This document shows positions 36,365 through 49,500 of a stretch of DNA of 53,823 nt, piece after piece. The stretch is from Leucoraja ocellata (lineage: Eukaryota). The number at the start of each line of letters is the position of its first letter. Positions within the stretch are counted from its first letter, which is position 1. A model generated the notes under the pieces. The model saw only the letters and a list, made by a program, of their open reading frames with translations. It ran no database searches and was not told the DNA's origin. The stretch spans positions 310,001 through 363,823 of the forward strand of contig JAWMAR010001141.1 of assembly GCA_036785375.1 (NCBI GenBank). Reading direction: 5' to 3'. Position numbers and translations under genes: made by a program.

Positions 36365-39300
36365 GTTAGCACTGACCTGCTGCTCAGTTCTTAGTCCTCA
36401 GACTGAACGGTCTGACAAATATGGCATGTATTAAGAATGAGGAAGAAGGGAACAGGAAACCTGATTGTGAAACCAGAATGAGACATGATAAAATCTGAAA
36501 CTTTAGAATTTGAAGTTGTCTCAGTTAAATTTAAGGTACACAAAAATGGTGGAGAAACTCAGCGGCTGCAGCAGCATCTATGGAGCGAAGGAAATAGGCA
36601 ACGTTTCGGGCAGAAACCCTTCTTCAGACTGATAGGGGGTGGCGGGGAGAAGGAAGGAAAAAGGAGGAGGAGGAGTCCGAGGGCTGGGGGATGGGAGGAG
36701 ACAGCAAGGGCTGACAAAATTGGGAAAATTCGATGTTCATGCCCGCAGGATGCAGACTCCCCAAGCAAAATATGAGGTGCTGTTCCTCCAATTTCCGGTG
36801 TTGCTCACTCTGGCAATGGAGGAGACCCAGGACAGAGAGGTCGGAATGGGAATGGGAGGGGAAGTTGAAGTGCTGAGCCACGGGATGTCAGGTAGGTTCT
36901 TGTGGACCGAGCGGAGGTGTTCGGAGGTGTTTAATCAAAGTTAGATTTAGTTCTGTTTAGTCAGTTAAATTTAGTTCTGATTAGTTTAGTAAACAGGCCC
37001 TTCAGCCCACCGAGTCCATGCCGATCAGCAATCCTTGCACATTAACACTATCCTACACACACTAGGAACAGTTTTTTTTACTTTTACCAAGCCAATTTAC
37101 CTACATACCTGTACGTCTTTGGAGTGTAAAATAAAAGTAATCCAATTTTCATTGACTGATGAAAGTACTCCAGCCTTTTATTTTTTTATTTTTTACTTTT
37201 GGAGATACTTGTGGAAACAGGCCCTTTGTCCCACTGAGTCCGCACCGACCAGCGATCACCCCGCACACTAGCACCATTCTACACTCTAGAAACAGTTTAC
37301 AATTTTTCTTACCAAAGATAATCAACCTACAAACCTGTACGTCTTTGGGATGTGGGAGGAAACGGAGCACCCGGAGGAAACCCATGCAGTCGCAGGGAGA
37401 ATGTACAAACTCTGCACAGACAGCACCCATAGTCGGGATTGAATCTAGGTCTCTGGCGCTGTGAGGCAGCAGCTCTACCGTTGCTCCACTGTCCCACCCC
37501 TAACAGCCAAGTCAAGCCAAATGTATTGTGATGTGCACAAGAACAGCGAAGCACAGGGCCAATGAAAATCTTACTTACAGCAGCATCACAGGCACATGTC
37601 AAAATAAAAGCTAAATTCAAAATATATTCACTCTTGGTGTTGTTAATGTCGCAGCAATTAATTGCATGATTACTGCAGGTACAGCTGTATGGAATGCCAG
37701 TAAACCAGACTACATATAGCTTGGATAGGCACAAAATGCTGGAGTAACTCAGCAGGATAGGCAGCAACTCTAGAGGGGAGGAATCTCCAAAGATGCTGCT
37801 TCTCCCACTGAGTTACTCCAGCATTTTGTGTCTATCTTTGATTAAAATCAGCATCTGCAGTTCCTTCTTATACATAAAGTTTGGATTATATTTATCTCTG
37901 GGCTCAAGGCCTGCGCTAATGATCCTTCTCATAGTCAACACAGTCTCCCATGTATTAGTCTTTCATCACTGTCTCATCCCATCTGTTACCGAAATGCATT
38001 TCCATCCAGTGTGTTGCTGTTCCAGATGTCTCTTGTGTAAATTATCATCTTCCTCCCACCAACAATTTAAGATCATCTAAATATCACAATGCACATTAAA
38101 CTGCACTTGGTAAACTCATTTATAGAGCGATACAGCATGGAAAAGGCCCAGCGGACAACCAAGTCCACACCGACCACTTTCGCATCCACTCTCTACCCAC
38201 GAGGGTGAATTTGCAGAGGGCCAATTAACCTACAAACCCACACGTCTTTGGGATGTGGGAGGAAATACGCACACCCGGAGGAAACGAACATGGTAACACA
38301 GAGAACGTGCGAACTCCACACAGACAGCACCCAAGGTCAGGATCGAACCCGGGACTCGGATGCTGTGAGGTAGCGGCTCTACCTGTGATTGTCTGACATA
38401 TCCTTCAACTTACCTTGCAGGCAAGAACAAGGATTGAACTCTGGTTAGCAGCGTGGGAGCTGCATGCCTGCAAACTAGCAAGCAAACCGCAGGGTTAAGT
38501 CTAAGGTACTTCCTCCCCGATGATTTTGCAAGCCGACTGTGAACATCCTTCCTTGTGTGTTGGTGGGAAGGGCTCCAAAGTCAGATCCTTTTTGCGTTGC
38601 ATTGTGTTGCACAACCACAGAGCTACACAAGGCAGCTGTGCTCTGGACAAAACTGTTATCCATCTATTTCTGGAGTGTGCAATTGGCAAGAAAACTTTAT
38701 AGATACAGCATGGAAACAGGCTCTTCGGCCCACTGAGACCATGCCAACCAGTGTTCACCCCGTATACAATTTACTGAGCAGATTAACCTACAAACCTGTA
38801 CGTCTTTGGAGTGTGGGAGGAAACCGGAGCACCCAGTGAAAACCCATGCGGACACAGGGAGAACGTACAAACTCCATACAGACAGCACCCGAAGTCAGCA
38901 TTGAACCTGGGTCTCTGGCGCTGAAAGGCAGCAGCTCTACTATTGTGCCACTGCGTTCTACCTGAAACCCACTGACCTGCCAGGGCAAGGTGCTCTCCCT
39001 GAGCTAACATTCTTATACTCTACATGTTCTTACTGGATACTTGAGAATCTGGGGACATAGTTTGAGAGCCAGGGGACATAGGTTTATAGTGAGGGGGAAA
39101 GATTTAATAGGAACCTGGGGGAATCTGGACAGGATGGGTTTACAGAGATATGGGCCAAATTTCTTTAGTCAAAGGATGGTGAATTTGTGGAAGCCAAGTC
39201 AATGAATATTGTTAGGCAGAGATTGACAGATTCCTGATTAGAGGGGGTGTTAGGGGTTATGGGGAGAAGGCAGGAGAAAATACATCAGCCATGATTGAAT

Positions 39301-40413
39301 GGTAGACTTGATGGGCCGAAAGGCCTAATTCTGCACTTCGAACTTATGAACCTATGAACATTGTTTGTTTGTGGCTTTCTGCTGCAGTCATATTCTGAGA
39401 AAAGTCTGAAGTAGGGTCGTGACCTGAAATGTCATCTGTCCATTTCCTTTTTGTGTTTTGCTCAGCCAGGAAGCACGTAAACCACAGCCAGATGCAGCTC
39501 ACACTCAATGTTTCATTCCATGGCATGTTGGCCTTTGATGTGTTTGTACATTGACTGGAAATGTGTTCATAACAAATGAATATGTATTGTAGGGTCAACA
39601 AATTAATGAACAAATATGTCAGTCCCCATTTGTCCTTTATAACTACACCATGCATTGAAATCATAGCTTATCCATCATGTCAATATCCAGTGCTAGTTCT
39701 ATTTCCATAGGTCCTTTAATATCTAAGAAACAATTGTTCCCAGGCTAGATTGTATTGTAGTCATAGAGCAATACAACGCAGAAACAGGCCCTTCAGCCCA
39801 ACTTACACCTCCTCACTGCGTCTGGACAATTGAGACAAGGAAAACCTCATCCCTTCTCCTGCACTCTTCTGCCCAGTAAGAGTTTTGCATATTTCGAACA
39901 GAGTACCTCTAGAGTTGAGAAGAGGTCCTGTAGCAATGCTGCTAAGACCAGAATTTCCAATCGAACTTCCTTCTGCTACAGAAATTCCCTTTTTTGTGGG
40001 ATGGTTTCTGTGGTCATGACAGTTGAATCTTCTTGTTTTCGGATCTCACCCAGAAATGTGCAGTTCAGGCAGTGACGTACTCTACCAGTTGGCACTGTGG
40101 TGCTCGTAGGTCATGTGCTCATTTACTGGGGAGGGACGTTGTAGATGGGAACATTTCACGTGGACTTTGGGATTGTTTTCAGAACCAATTATTTTAATTA
40201 CAAATTGGCCAACTTTGGTTACACATGTCCTGGGGTTGATGCCCTCAGATACAAAACATTCAGTGCCTTTTACACAACCACATCTACATTACCTTCCTCT
40301 CCTACCTCCAACTTGCATTCTCAGCGAGTACAAAAGATAAAGGAATTCATGTATATTACTCTGTTGTGCTGCTGCAAGTATATACTCTAAGACAATAAAA
40401 CTCTCTTGACTCA

Positions 40414-41254
40414 GATTCAGATTCAATTTTAATTGTCATTGTCAGTGTACAGTACCGAGACAACGAAATGCATTTAGCATCTCCCTTGAAGAGCGACATA
40501 GCAAACGATTTGAATAAAAAATAATAAGTGTCCGGGGGGGGGGGGGGGGGGTGGTGATTGGCAGTCACCGAGGTACGTTGTTGAGTAGAGTGACAGCCGC
40601 CGGAGAGTAGCTGTTCCTCGACCTGCTGGTTCGGCAACGGAGAGACCTGTAGCGCCTCCCGGATGGTAGGAGGGTAAACAGTCCATGGTTGGGGTGAGAG
40701 CAGTCCTTGGCGATGCTGAGCGCCCTCCGCAGACAGCGCTTGCTTTGGACAGACTCAATGGAGGGGAGCGTGGAACCGGTGATGCGTTGGGCAATTTTCA
40801 CCACCCTCTGCAATGCCTTCCGGTCGGAGACAGAGCAGTTGCCATACCATACTGTGATGCAGTTGGTAAGGATGCTCTCGATGGTGCAGCGGTAGAAGTT
40901 CACCAGGATCTGAGGAGACAGATGGACCTTCTTCAGTCTCCTCAGGAAGAAGAGACGCTGATGAGCCTTCTTGATCAGAGTAGAGGTATTGTGGGTCCAA
41001 GAGAGGTCATCGGAGATGTTGACTCCCAGGAACCTGAAGCTAGAAACACGTTCCACCTCCGTCCCGTTAATGTGGATGGGGGTGTGCGTGCCGCCTCTGG
41101 ACTTCCTGAAGTCTACAATGAGCTCCTTGGTCTTCTTGGAGTTAAGGGCCAGGTTGTTGTCAGCGCACCATGCTGCTAAGTGCTGGACCTCCTCCCTGTA
41201 GGCCAGCTCATCGATGTTGCTGATGAGGCCAATCACCGTTGTATCATCTGCATA
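40414..41254 (-). mobile_element. 5'-truncated Rex1/Babar-type LINE (RT C-terminus)
   Basis: YADDTTVIGLIS..NSKKTKELIVDFRK..GRRYRSLRCRTSR in an open frame, (gaatct)n tail, direct repeat cttgactca at 40405 and 41255. Confidence 0.88.
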
Positions 41255-42074
41255 CTTGACTCACTTCTTGCCCTGTTAATAGGCTATAAAAGCTATGAAT
41301 AGTTCTGCAGTTCCACGCTACATTACTGTCCTCCCTCTCCCCATTTCCCCTTGGCTGTGCAGTATCTAGGGATGGGCTCACTTAAGGTTTTATTTGCAAC
41401 TGATCACTGAGGCAGGTAAAATCCAGTCTTGACCAAGTTTCAGTGAGGCCCCTTACCCAGGCTTGAGGATCATTTTACATCTTGGGCTTATCTGCCTTAG
41501 CCCACTATCCACTCGAACCCATTTTCTTGCTTGATCCATTGCCCCTTTACAGACTTGAACCCACAATATTTTGCCCCAGAGACAATGGGGTGTGGTGTGC
41601 TTAGGCTGACCCTTGCAAGGAATGATGATGGTAGGGTTGGGGAACTTGTGGGTGGGGGGAATGAGGGTGGGTATAATAGGAATGGGAAGCAGCGCCATTT
41701 TATCATTTGTATGCATGATCTAGGCTCATTCATTATACTAGCGGATGAAAGAGATTGGTGATGGGAGTGGAATTCATAAAGCCATTTGTGATAGGAGCAC
41801 GCAATTTGGTTATTCAAGGCTACTCCACCATTCCTTCATCGTTAATCTACCACTCCCTCCTGCCTCCTCCCCATCACCCCTGACACCCGACGAATTGAAC
41901 CAAACCGCTCAGAAATAGCTATAATAAATGCTGGTTTATACCAAAGACAAACCCAAAATGCTGGAGTAACTTAGATGGTCAAAAAACATCTCTGGCGGAA
42001 ATGGATTGGTACTATTTTGGGTCAGGACCTTTCTCCAGACCATCTGAAGAAGGGTCCCAACCTCAAAGGCCTCC

Positions 42075-43170
42075 TATAACCATATAACAATTACAGCACG
42101 GAAACAGGCCATCTGGACCCTTCAAGTCCGTGCCGAACACTTATTTTCCCCTAGTCCCATCTACCAGCACTCAGACCATAACCCTCCATTCCTTTCCCGT
42201 CTCTATACCTATCCAATTTATTTTTAAATGATAAAATCAGACCTGCTTCCACCACTTCCACTGGAAGCTCATTCCACACAGCCACCACTCTCTGAGTAAA
42301 GAAGTTCCGCCTCATGTTACCCCTAAACTTCTGTCCCTTAATTCTCAAGTCATGTCCTCTTGTTTGAATCGTCCTACTCTCAATGGGAAAAGCTTATCCA
42401 CGTCAACTCTGTCTATCCCTCTCATCACTTTAAAGACCTCTATCAAGTCTCCCCTTAACCTTCTGTGCTCCAAAGAATAAAGACCTAACTTGTTCAACCT
42501 TTCTGTAACCCAGGCAACATTTTAGTAAACCTCCTCTGTACTCTCTCTATTTTGTTGACATCCTTCCTATAATTAGGCGACCAAAATTGTACACCATACT
42601 CCAGAATTGGCCTCACCAATGCCTTGTACAATTTTAACATTACATCCCAACTTCTATACTCAATGCTCTGACTTATAAAGGCCAGCACACCAAAAGCTTT
42701 CTTTACCACCCTATCCATCCTATATATTTTTTTAAATTGCTGTGTTTTTGTTCCCTTTTTCCTTCCGCCCACAATATTTAATATGGAAAAGAATATGTGA
42801 TTCTGTTACATTCTGTTTGTAGTTTGTTTGGTTGTTTGTCTTTTTGCACAAAGTCGCGAGCATTGCCACTTTTCATTTCACTACACATCTCGTATGTGTA
42901 TGTGACGAATAAACTTGACTTGACTTACATGAGATTCCACCTTCAGGGAACTATGCACAGTTATTCTTAGATCCCTCTGTTCAACTGCATTCATCAATTC
43001 GCTACAATTTACTATGTACGTCCTATTTTGATTTGGCCTGCCAAGATGTAGCACCTCACACTTATCAGCATTAAACTCCATCTGCCATCTTTCAGCCCAC
43101 TCTTCCAAATGGCCTAAATCTCTCTGTAGACTTTGAAAATCGACTTCATTATCCACAACACCACCTATCT
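42075..43170 (-). mobile_element. CR1 LINE RT fragment with a nested insertion (~42715-42925)
   Basis: WAERWQMEFNADKCEVLHLG, LYKALVRPILEYGVQFWSP, RNFFTQRVVAVWNELP. Confidence 0.9.
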
Positions 43171-43331
43171 TAGTATTACCTTAGTATCACCACCTGTCCA
43201 ATTTCTCCAGAGATGCTACCCGACCTGCTGAGCTACTCCAGCATTTTGTGTCCATCTTTGATAAAGTATTGAACAGATTAATGCAGTAAAGCAAGTATTG
43301 CCAAAAACTCACACCAAATTAAAAATCTCTC

Positions 43332-43598
43332 CTAAGAAACGACAGAGGCATAGGTTGACTCAGGGTTCTCTGGAGTCCCAGGAGATTGGGGTTTCCGAAT
43401 GCCCTTTGGGCAGTTGCGATGAAACTTGACATCTGCGTAGACGACAGCGTTTTCAGCCACATGCTGCCTTGGTCTCGTCTTCTTTTGAAATTTCACCACT
43501 GCATACGTGATTCCACCTTCATTGTTATCCAAATGGTCACCTGCCCTGTTGTTTTCCAGATTTGCATCAACGTGGTCCTCTTTCAACACTGCCATTTC
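43332..43598 (-). CDS. Gene D terminal exon with ITIMs
   Basis: EMAVLK..GGITYAVVKF..AVVYADVKF..ESTYASVVS*. Acceptor cattttag|. Confidence 0.92.
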   Translation of the reverse strand, partial: EMAVLKEDHVDANLENNRAGDHLDNNEGGITYAVVKFQKKTRPRQHVAENAVVYADVKFHRNCPKGIRKPQSPGTPENPESTYASVVS

Positions 43599-46500
43599 CT
43601 AAAATGTAACACAATCCAATTTTACAACCTAATAGATTTGAAAGGTCCTCAACAGAGGTCTATTACAAAGTAGGTCTCAAACTGTTCAGTGTATAGAACA
43701 AGCCATTGCTGCTGTTTACAACACAAAGATAGTGCAGTACGGTGGAGCAGCAGTAGAGTTGCTGCCTGACAGCGCCTACAACAGGCTTGTGGGCTAATTG
43801 GTTTGGCATAATTGCAAATTGCCCCTAGTGTGTGTAGGATACTGTACATGTGCAGGGTTCGTTAGTCGGCCTAGACTCTGTGGGCCAAAGGGCCTGTTTC
43901 TGCGCTGGATCTCTTAACTGGACTGGACTGGTGTTGCTAAACGACCTGTGTAAACACTGATAATTCAATGCTATATATTCTTCATCACTCAGAGAATTTA
44001 TATTTCACATTTTTACCTGGGTTTCATTGTTGTCTTCACCGTGTGATGTATTGCGCTTGGATTCTGGAAAATATGTTGTCGATAGAGCCATATCAGGAAC
44101 AGGTTTAAACATCATTCATTCATATATTCCATTCATTTGTTCTATGTATCTTCGAGATCTCTTGTTTCCCTTTCCCCTGACTCTCAGTCTGAAGAAGGGT
44201 CTCGACTCGAAACGTCACCTGTTCCTCTTCTGCATAGACGCACCCTGACCCGCTGAATTGCTTGAACATTTTGTGTTTATCTTCATTGTAAACCAGCATC
44301 TGTAGTTCCCTCCAACACACAGAAACATCTACGTGTTGTGTGCAAGACCTTATATTTAGGTCAAAAGTACTGCACGTACGGAATAAGAATCAGCCCTGTT
44401 GTTCTGGTTGCTGTATCATATTCCCTGTGCTCTACCCATCCCTCCTAACAGATGCCTAAACCTACCCGATCTCCCGGTTGCTCAACACTTTAACTCCTCC
44501 CCCCATTCCCACACTAACCTTTCTGTCCTGGGCCTCCTCCGTTGTCAGAGTGAAGCCCAGCACCAATTGGAGGAACAGGACCTCATATTTTGCTTGGGCA
44601 GCTTACACCCCAGCGGTATGAACATTGACTTCTCTAACTTCAAGTAACCCTTGTTTTTCCCTCTCTCTCCATCCCCTCCCCATTCCCAGTTCTTTGACTA
44701 GTCTTACTGCCTCCGACTACATTTTATCTCTGTACTACCAACTCCCCTGACATCAGTCTGAAAAGGGGTCTTGACCCGAAATGTCACACATTCCTTCTCT
44801 CCAGAGATGCTGCACGTTCCACTCAGTTACTCCAGCATTTTGTGTCTATTGTCCTAACCTTATCTGCTAAAACAGGTTTCATAAGTTCAGTAAGTGATAG
44901 GAGCAGAATTATGCTAATCGGCCCATCCATCTACCATCATCGGTGGTGAAGATAGTTGGCAGCTTCAAGTTCATGGGCGTTCACATCTTGGATTACCTGT
45001 CCAAGCTAGACCAGCTCTGCCTCAACTACCTCCTCTGGCAGCTCCTGCCATATACCCACCACCCTCTGTGTGATGCAGGTATGTTGTACGTTGTCGATGT
45101 CCATGTGAGGCTGCAGGCGTGATCTTCATTGTAACTGTACTTCACCATGCTTGTGCATGTGACAATAAACACGACTTCACCTGAATCGAAATACAACAGC
45201 TAATCACACAAAGCATATTCTAACAGCTGAGAGGATGTGAGTATCTATGTAAATCTTACTTCTACCTGGCCTCTTAGTTCTCACACATCTCTGCCATTTC
45301 ACACTCAAGACAGTTTCTGTACAATGATGTTCAAAGAACAATTTTTCACTGAGTCACCATGAAAGCATCAAACATGATAGCATTATTGATCATTCATGCT
45401 TCCCCCCACATTTTATTACTTTAATGCAGGGCATTTGTTGATTAGAACATAATTAAATCTCTTGACATTCTGCAAGGGACTGAGACATGTATTGTGAAAT
45501 TATTTAAGGGAAATCAGAAACTCACCCTTGGTTTTACGCTTTCGGTACCAAAAGAAGGCAATGATGAGAATCAGGAGAAGCACAGTGACACCAGACGCAA
45601 CTATGTAAATGATCCTGTTGGACAGAGAATAGGGAAGGGTGAGACGTGGCTCATCATTGATTCTTGGACTTCAGTAAAGAACAAAAGTCAAGCATTTATA
45701 TGGCACCTTTCATGATTTTTTTGAAGTGTGCAGCAAAGGAAATGAGGTGTAGAGTTTGTTTCGGTGGGTAATGCAGCAGCTAATCTGCTCACAGTAAGGT
45801 GACACTGACAAACGATCGTGAAACTGGTTGAAGAGCAAATGCGTCCAACCATTAAGGAACCCTCCCTCCTCCTTGACAAACAATGTATGGAAACTGTTAC
45901 ACTTTTATTGCAGTGATTAGTTGAGTTGAGTTTCGATTAGATTAGTTGAGTTTAGAGATACAGCATGGAAACAGGCCTTTCGGCCCACCAAGTCTGCATC
46001 GGTCAGCAATCCCCATACACTAGATCTGTCCTAAACATCGGAGACAATTTACTGAAGCCAATTAACCTACAAACCTGCACGTCTTTGGAATGTGGGAGAA
46101 AACTGGAACACCCAGAGAAAACTGGAGCCAACCCCTGTGGTCACTGAAAGAACGAACAAACTCCGTACAGGCAGCATCCGTTGTCAGGATCGAACACGTC
46201 TCTGGGGCAATAAGGCAGAAACTCTACCACTGTGCCTCCATGCCACTGTTTTTGGAGTTTTCATATCTGACTGCCAGCATGCTGCCCCCCCCCCCCCCCC
46301 CCCCCCCCCACCCCCTCAATACTGCAGTGTCTTAACCAAATATTTGCAGCTATCATTGAAACCACCACTGTGTGAATACAGTTCTACAACCTTGTTCCAA
46401 CCTCGGTGGAGAGAACACCAGGCCAATGAGAAAACAATGCACTTGGTTCCCAACAAATCTCACCACAATGCCATTTACAACTCCATCTTCACCTCCACCA

Positions 46501-49500
46501 ACATTGGGTTTGGACAGTGACTGTTCGCTAAGAGCTGTCTGGAATATGAAACATCTTCAACATATCCAGAAGACGGCTCACCATGACCATCTCAAGGTCA
46601 GCAGTGTGATCTAACGTGCCTACCATCCCAGGGTCACGTTCTAGGTGGAGACACTTCCTGCTGTTGGAGTGACTGACATTGAGACTTTGACCAACTCTGC
46701 AAGGTGTTGCCATACGTGATATCAAAGGTAGTGTTTTAGCCCATAATTCACTATGCATTTTCCTATCAGTACCACGCCAGAGCAGGTCACAGCAAGGCAA
46801 AGCAACTATACTTGGGTTTGGCAACTATACTCATCTCACACCATGGGATGAGGTTAGTGATGGAGAAGTCATGGTGAATACCGCAGGGAGTACAGGTACC
46901 ACAAATGGAGGAAGTGTTCTTATCACCCAAGCATATACACAACACAATGAGATGCAAACCAGCGCAATTTCACTATTGGTGAGTTAACTAATATCTGGTT
47001 TGCAAGTCATATACATATTATGATAGAATAAGGTCATAAGCAATATGAGAAGAATTAGGGAATTTGGCCTATCACATCTACTCCGCCATTCAATCATGAC
47101 TGATCTATCTCTCCCTCCAAACTCCATTGTCCTGCCTTCTCCTCATAACCTCTAACACCCGTACTAATGAAGAATCTAGCTATCTCTGCCTTAAAAATAT
47201 CCACTGATTAGCCTCCACAGAATTCTGAGGCAAATAATTCCACAGATTCACCCTCAAACTAAAGGATTTTCTCCTCATCTTCTTCCTAAAAGAACATCTC
47301 ATTCTGAGGCTGTGACCTCTGGTCCTAGAATCTCCCACTGGTGGAAACATCCTCCCCACATCCACTCTATACAAGCCTTTCACTATCACGTATGTTTGAG
47401 GTCCCCTATACCTCCCTGGTTATCTCATCTTTTCCCATCCAATAGCTCTCCCCAATTCCTTCCCTTTCTACCACAGAAAACGCAACACCTGTCCCCGTAC
47501 CTCCTCCCTCGACTCTGTCCAAGGACCTCAACTGTCCTTTCAGGATAGAGTTCATTTGAACCTCATCCAACCTCATCTACTGTATGAGGTGTGGACTCTT
47601 ATACATCAGCAGGACCAAACGTTGACTGGGCGATCGTTTCACTGAACACCTATGCTCAGTCCTCCTGGCACTATATGATCTCCCAGTTGCTAAACACTTT
47701 AACTCCCCCGCCCATTCCCAAACTGACTGTTCTGTCCTGGGCTTCCTCCATTGCCAGAGTGAGGCCATATGCAAATTGGAGGACCAGCACCTCATACTTC
47801 TCTTGGGCAGCTTACTGCCAAAGCAGTATAAATGTTGATTTCTCTAACTTTAAATTACCCTTGCATCTCCTCTCTCTTCGTCCTTCCCCCACTCTAGTTG
47901 TGGTATGAATGTCACTGTTGTCTTGTAGTGTCTCATTGTCTGTATAACTCGTTTTCACCTAACCCACAGCTACCTATGGATCGTTTCCTTGATCATCGTT
48001 ACTTTTTTGCATATCTTTCATTCATTGTTTTATATCTTTCTATATCACCGTCGATATCGCTCTCGTTTCCCTTTCCCCTGACTCTCACTCTGAAGAAGGG
48101 TCTCAACCCGAAACGTCACCTATTCCATTTCTCCAGAGACGCTGTCTGACCCGATGAGTTACTCCAGTTGTTTGTAGCTATATTCAGTTTAAACCAGCAT
48201 CTGCAGTTCCTTCCAACACAATGAAAGCAAAATATGCAGAACACACATAGACGGCACCTAAGTTCAGGGTCTTGGCTTTGTGAGGCTGTGGTTCCACTGG
48301 CTGTGTCACTGTGTGTACAGATCAATACTCCAACTGGCCTTGAATGTCAGTGAACGGAAGACACAAACTTCTCCCAATTGAAGCAATCCCAATCAAAACA
48401 CCAGCAATTAGTACATGGCGCCTTTCATTGGAAACAGAGTAGTTAACCTTGAAGGTAGACAAAAGTGCTGGTGAAACTCAGCGGGTGCAGCAGCATCTAT
48501 GGAGCGAAAGAAATAGGCAACGTTTTGGGCCGAAACCGTTCATCAAGCCCTCCATCAGTCTGAAGAAGGGTTTCGGCCCGAAACGTTGTCTATGTCCTTC
48601 GCTCCATAGATGCTGCTGCACCCGCTGAGTTTGTCCAGCACTTTTGTCTACCTTCGATTTTCCACCATCTGCAGTTCATTCTTAAACAGTTTACCTTGAA
48701 GTATACTTGGATCTTTTTGAAGTTTCACAAGAATATTCAAGTCCTGTTGGAACAAGGAAATAAAAAATCAGTTTCACTGCTTTTCACTTGCAGTTGAACA
48801 AGAGAGCATGCTTGTCCGATGTAAGGAGTTTATAGGCTTAATAGACAGGGCAATGATCCCGACCACGGGTGCTGCCTGTATGGAGTTTGTACGTTCTCCC
48901 CGTGACCTGCGTGGGTTCTCTCCGAGATCTTCGGTTTCCTCCCACACCCCAAAGACGTACAGGTTTGTAGGTTAATTGCCTTTGGTTAATATCCCTAGTG
49001 GGTGTAGGATGGTTAATAATGTGCGGGGATCGCTGGTCGGCCCAGACCCGGTGGGCTGAAGGGCTTGTTTAGGCACTGTACCTCTAAACTAAAGACGTGC
49101 AGGTTTGTAGGTTAATTGGCTTCTGTAAATTGTCCCTTAATTTAGAATTGTCCCTAATTGTAGAATGGGTGTACCGGTGAAAGGCAGCTGCTTCCACGCT
49201 GGATCTTTAAACTAAACTGGCTGGATAGCTGGGGTTTTATTCCACACAGGAGAGGAACCAGGAAGCTAATACAGGTGTGCCTGTAATGTCGCTATGAGGG
49301 ACATAGATAAGGTACTTCGTGGGAAATCAGCACAGCAGATGTGCATAGACGTGGAGAACATAGCGTTGAGTTTAGGAGTAGAATATTTGGAGGGTGTCTG
49401 AGCAAGAAATATTATTAAACCTAGATGGTGAAGGCACTTGAATTGTCAAGTCTGAGAAGACTATGGGTGAGGAGCTGGTAAAAATTGGATAAGTATCGAT

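Larger units (their letters stand above)
24725..37465. repeat. Tandem segmental duplication unit C
   Basis: Similarity to A and B ends at 37465, where the SINE continues intact (gtgag|gcagcagctctacc). Confidence 0.95.

Noticed and set aside
46372-46614. Plus-strand Thr/Pro-rich ORF resembling a stalk
   Set aside because: There are no convincing splice sites, and the end resembles a decayed LINE 3' region.
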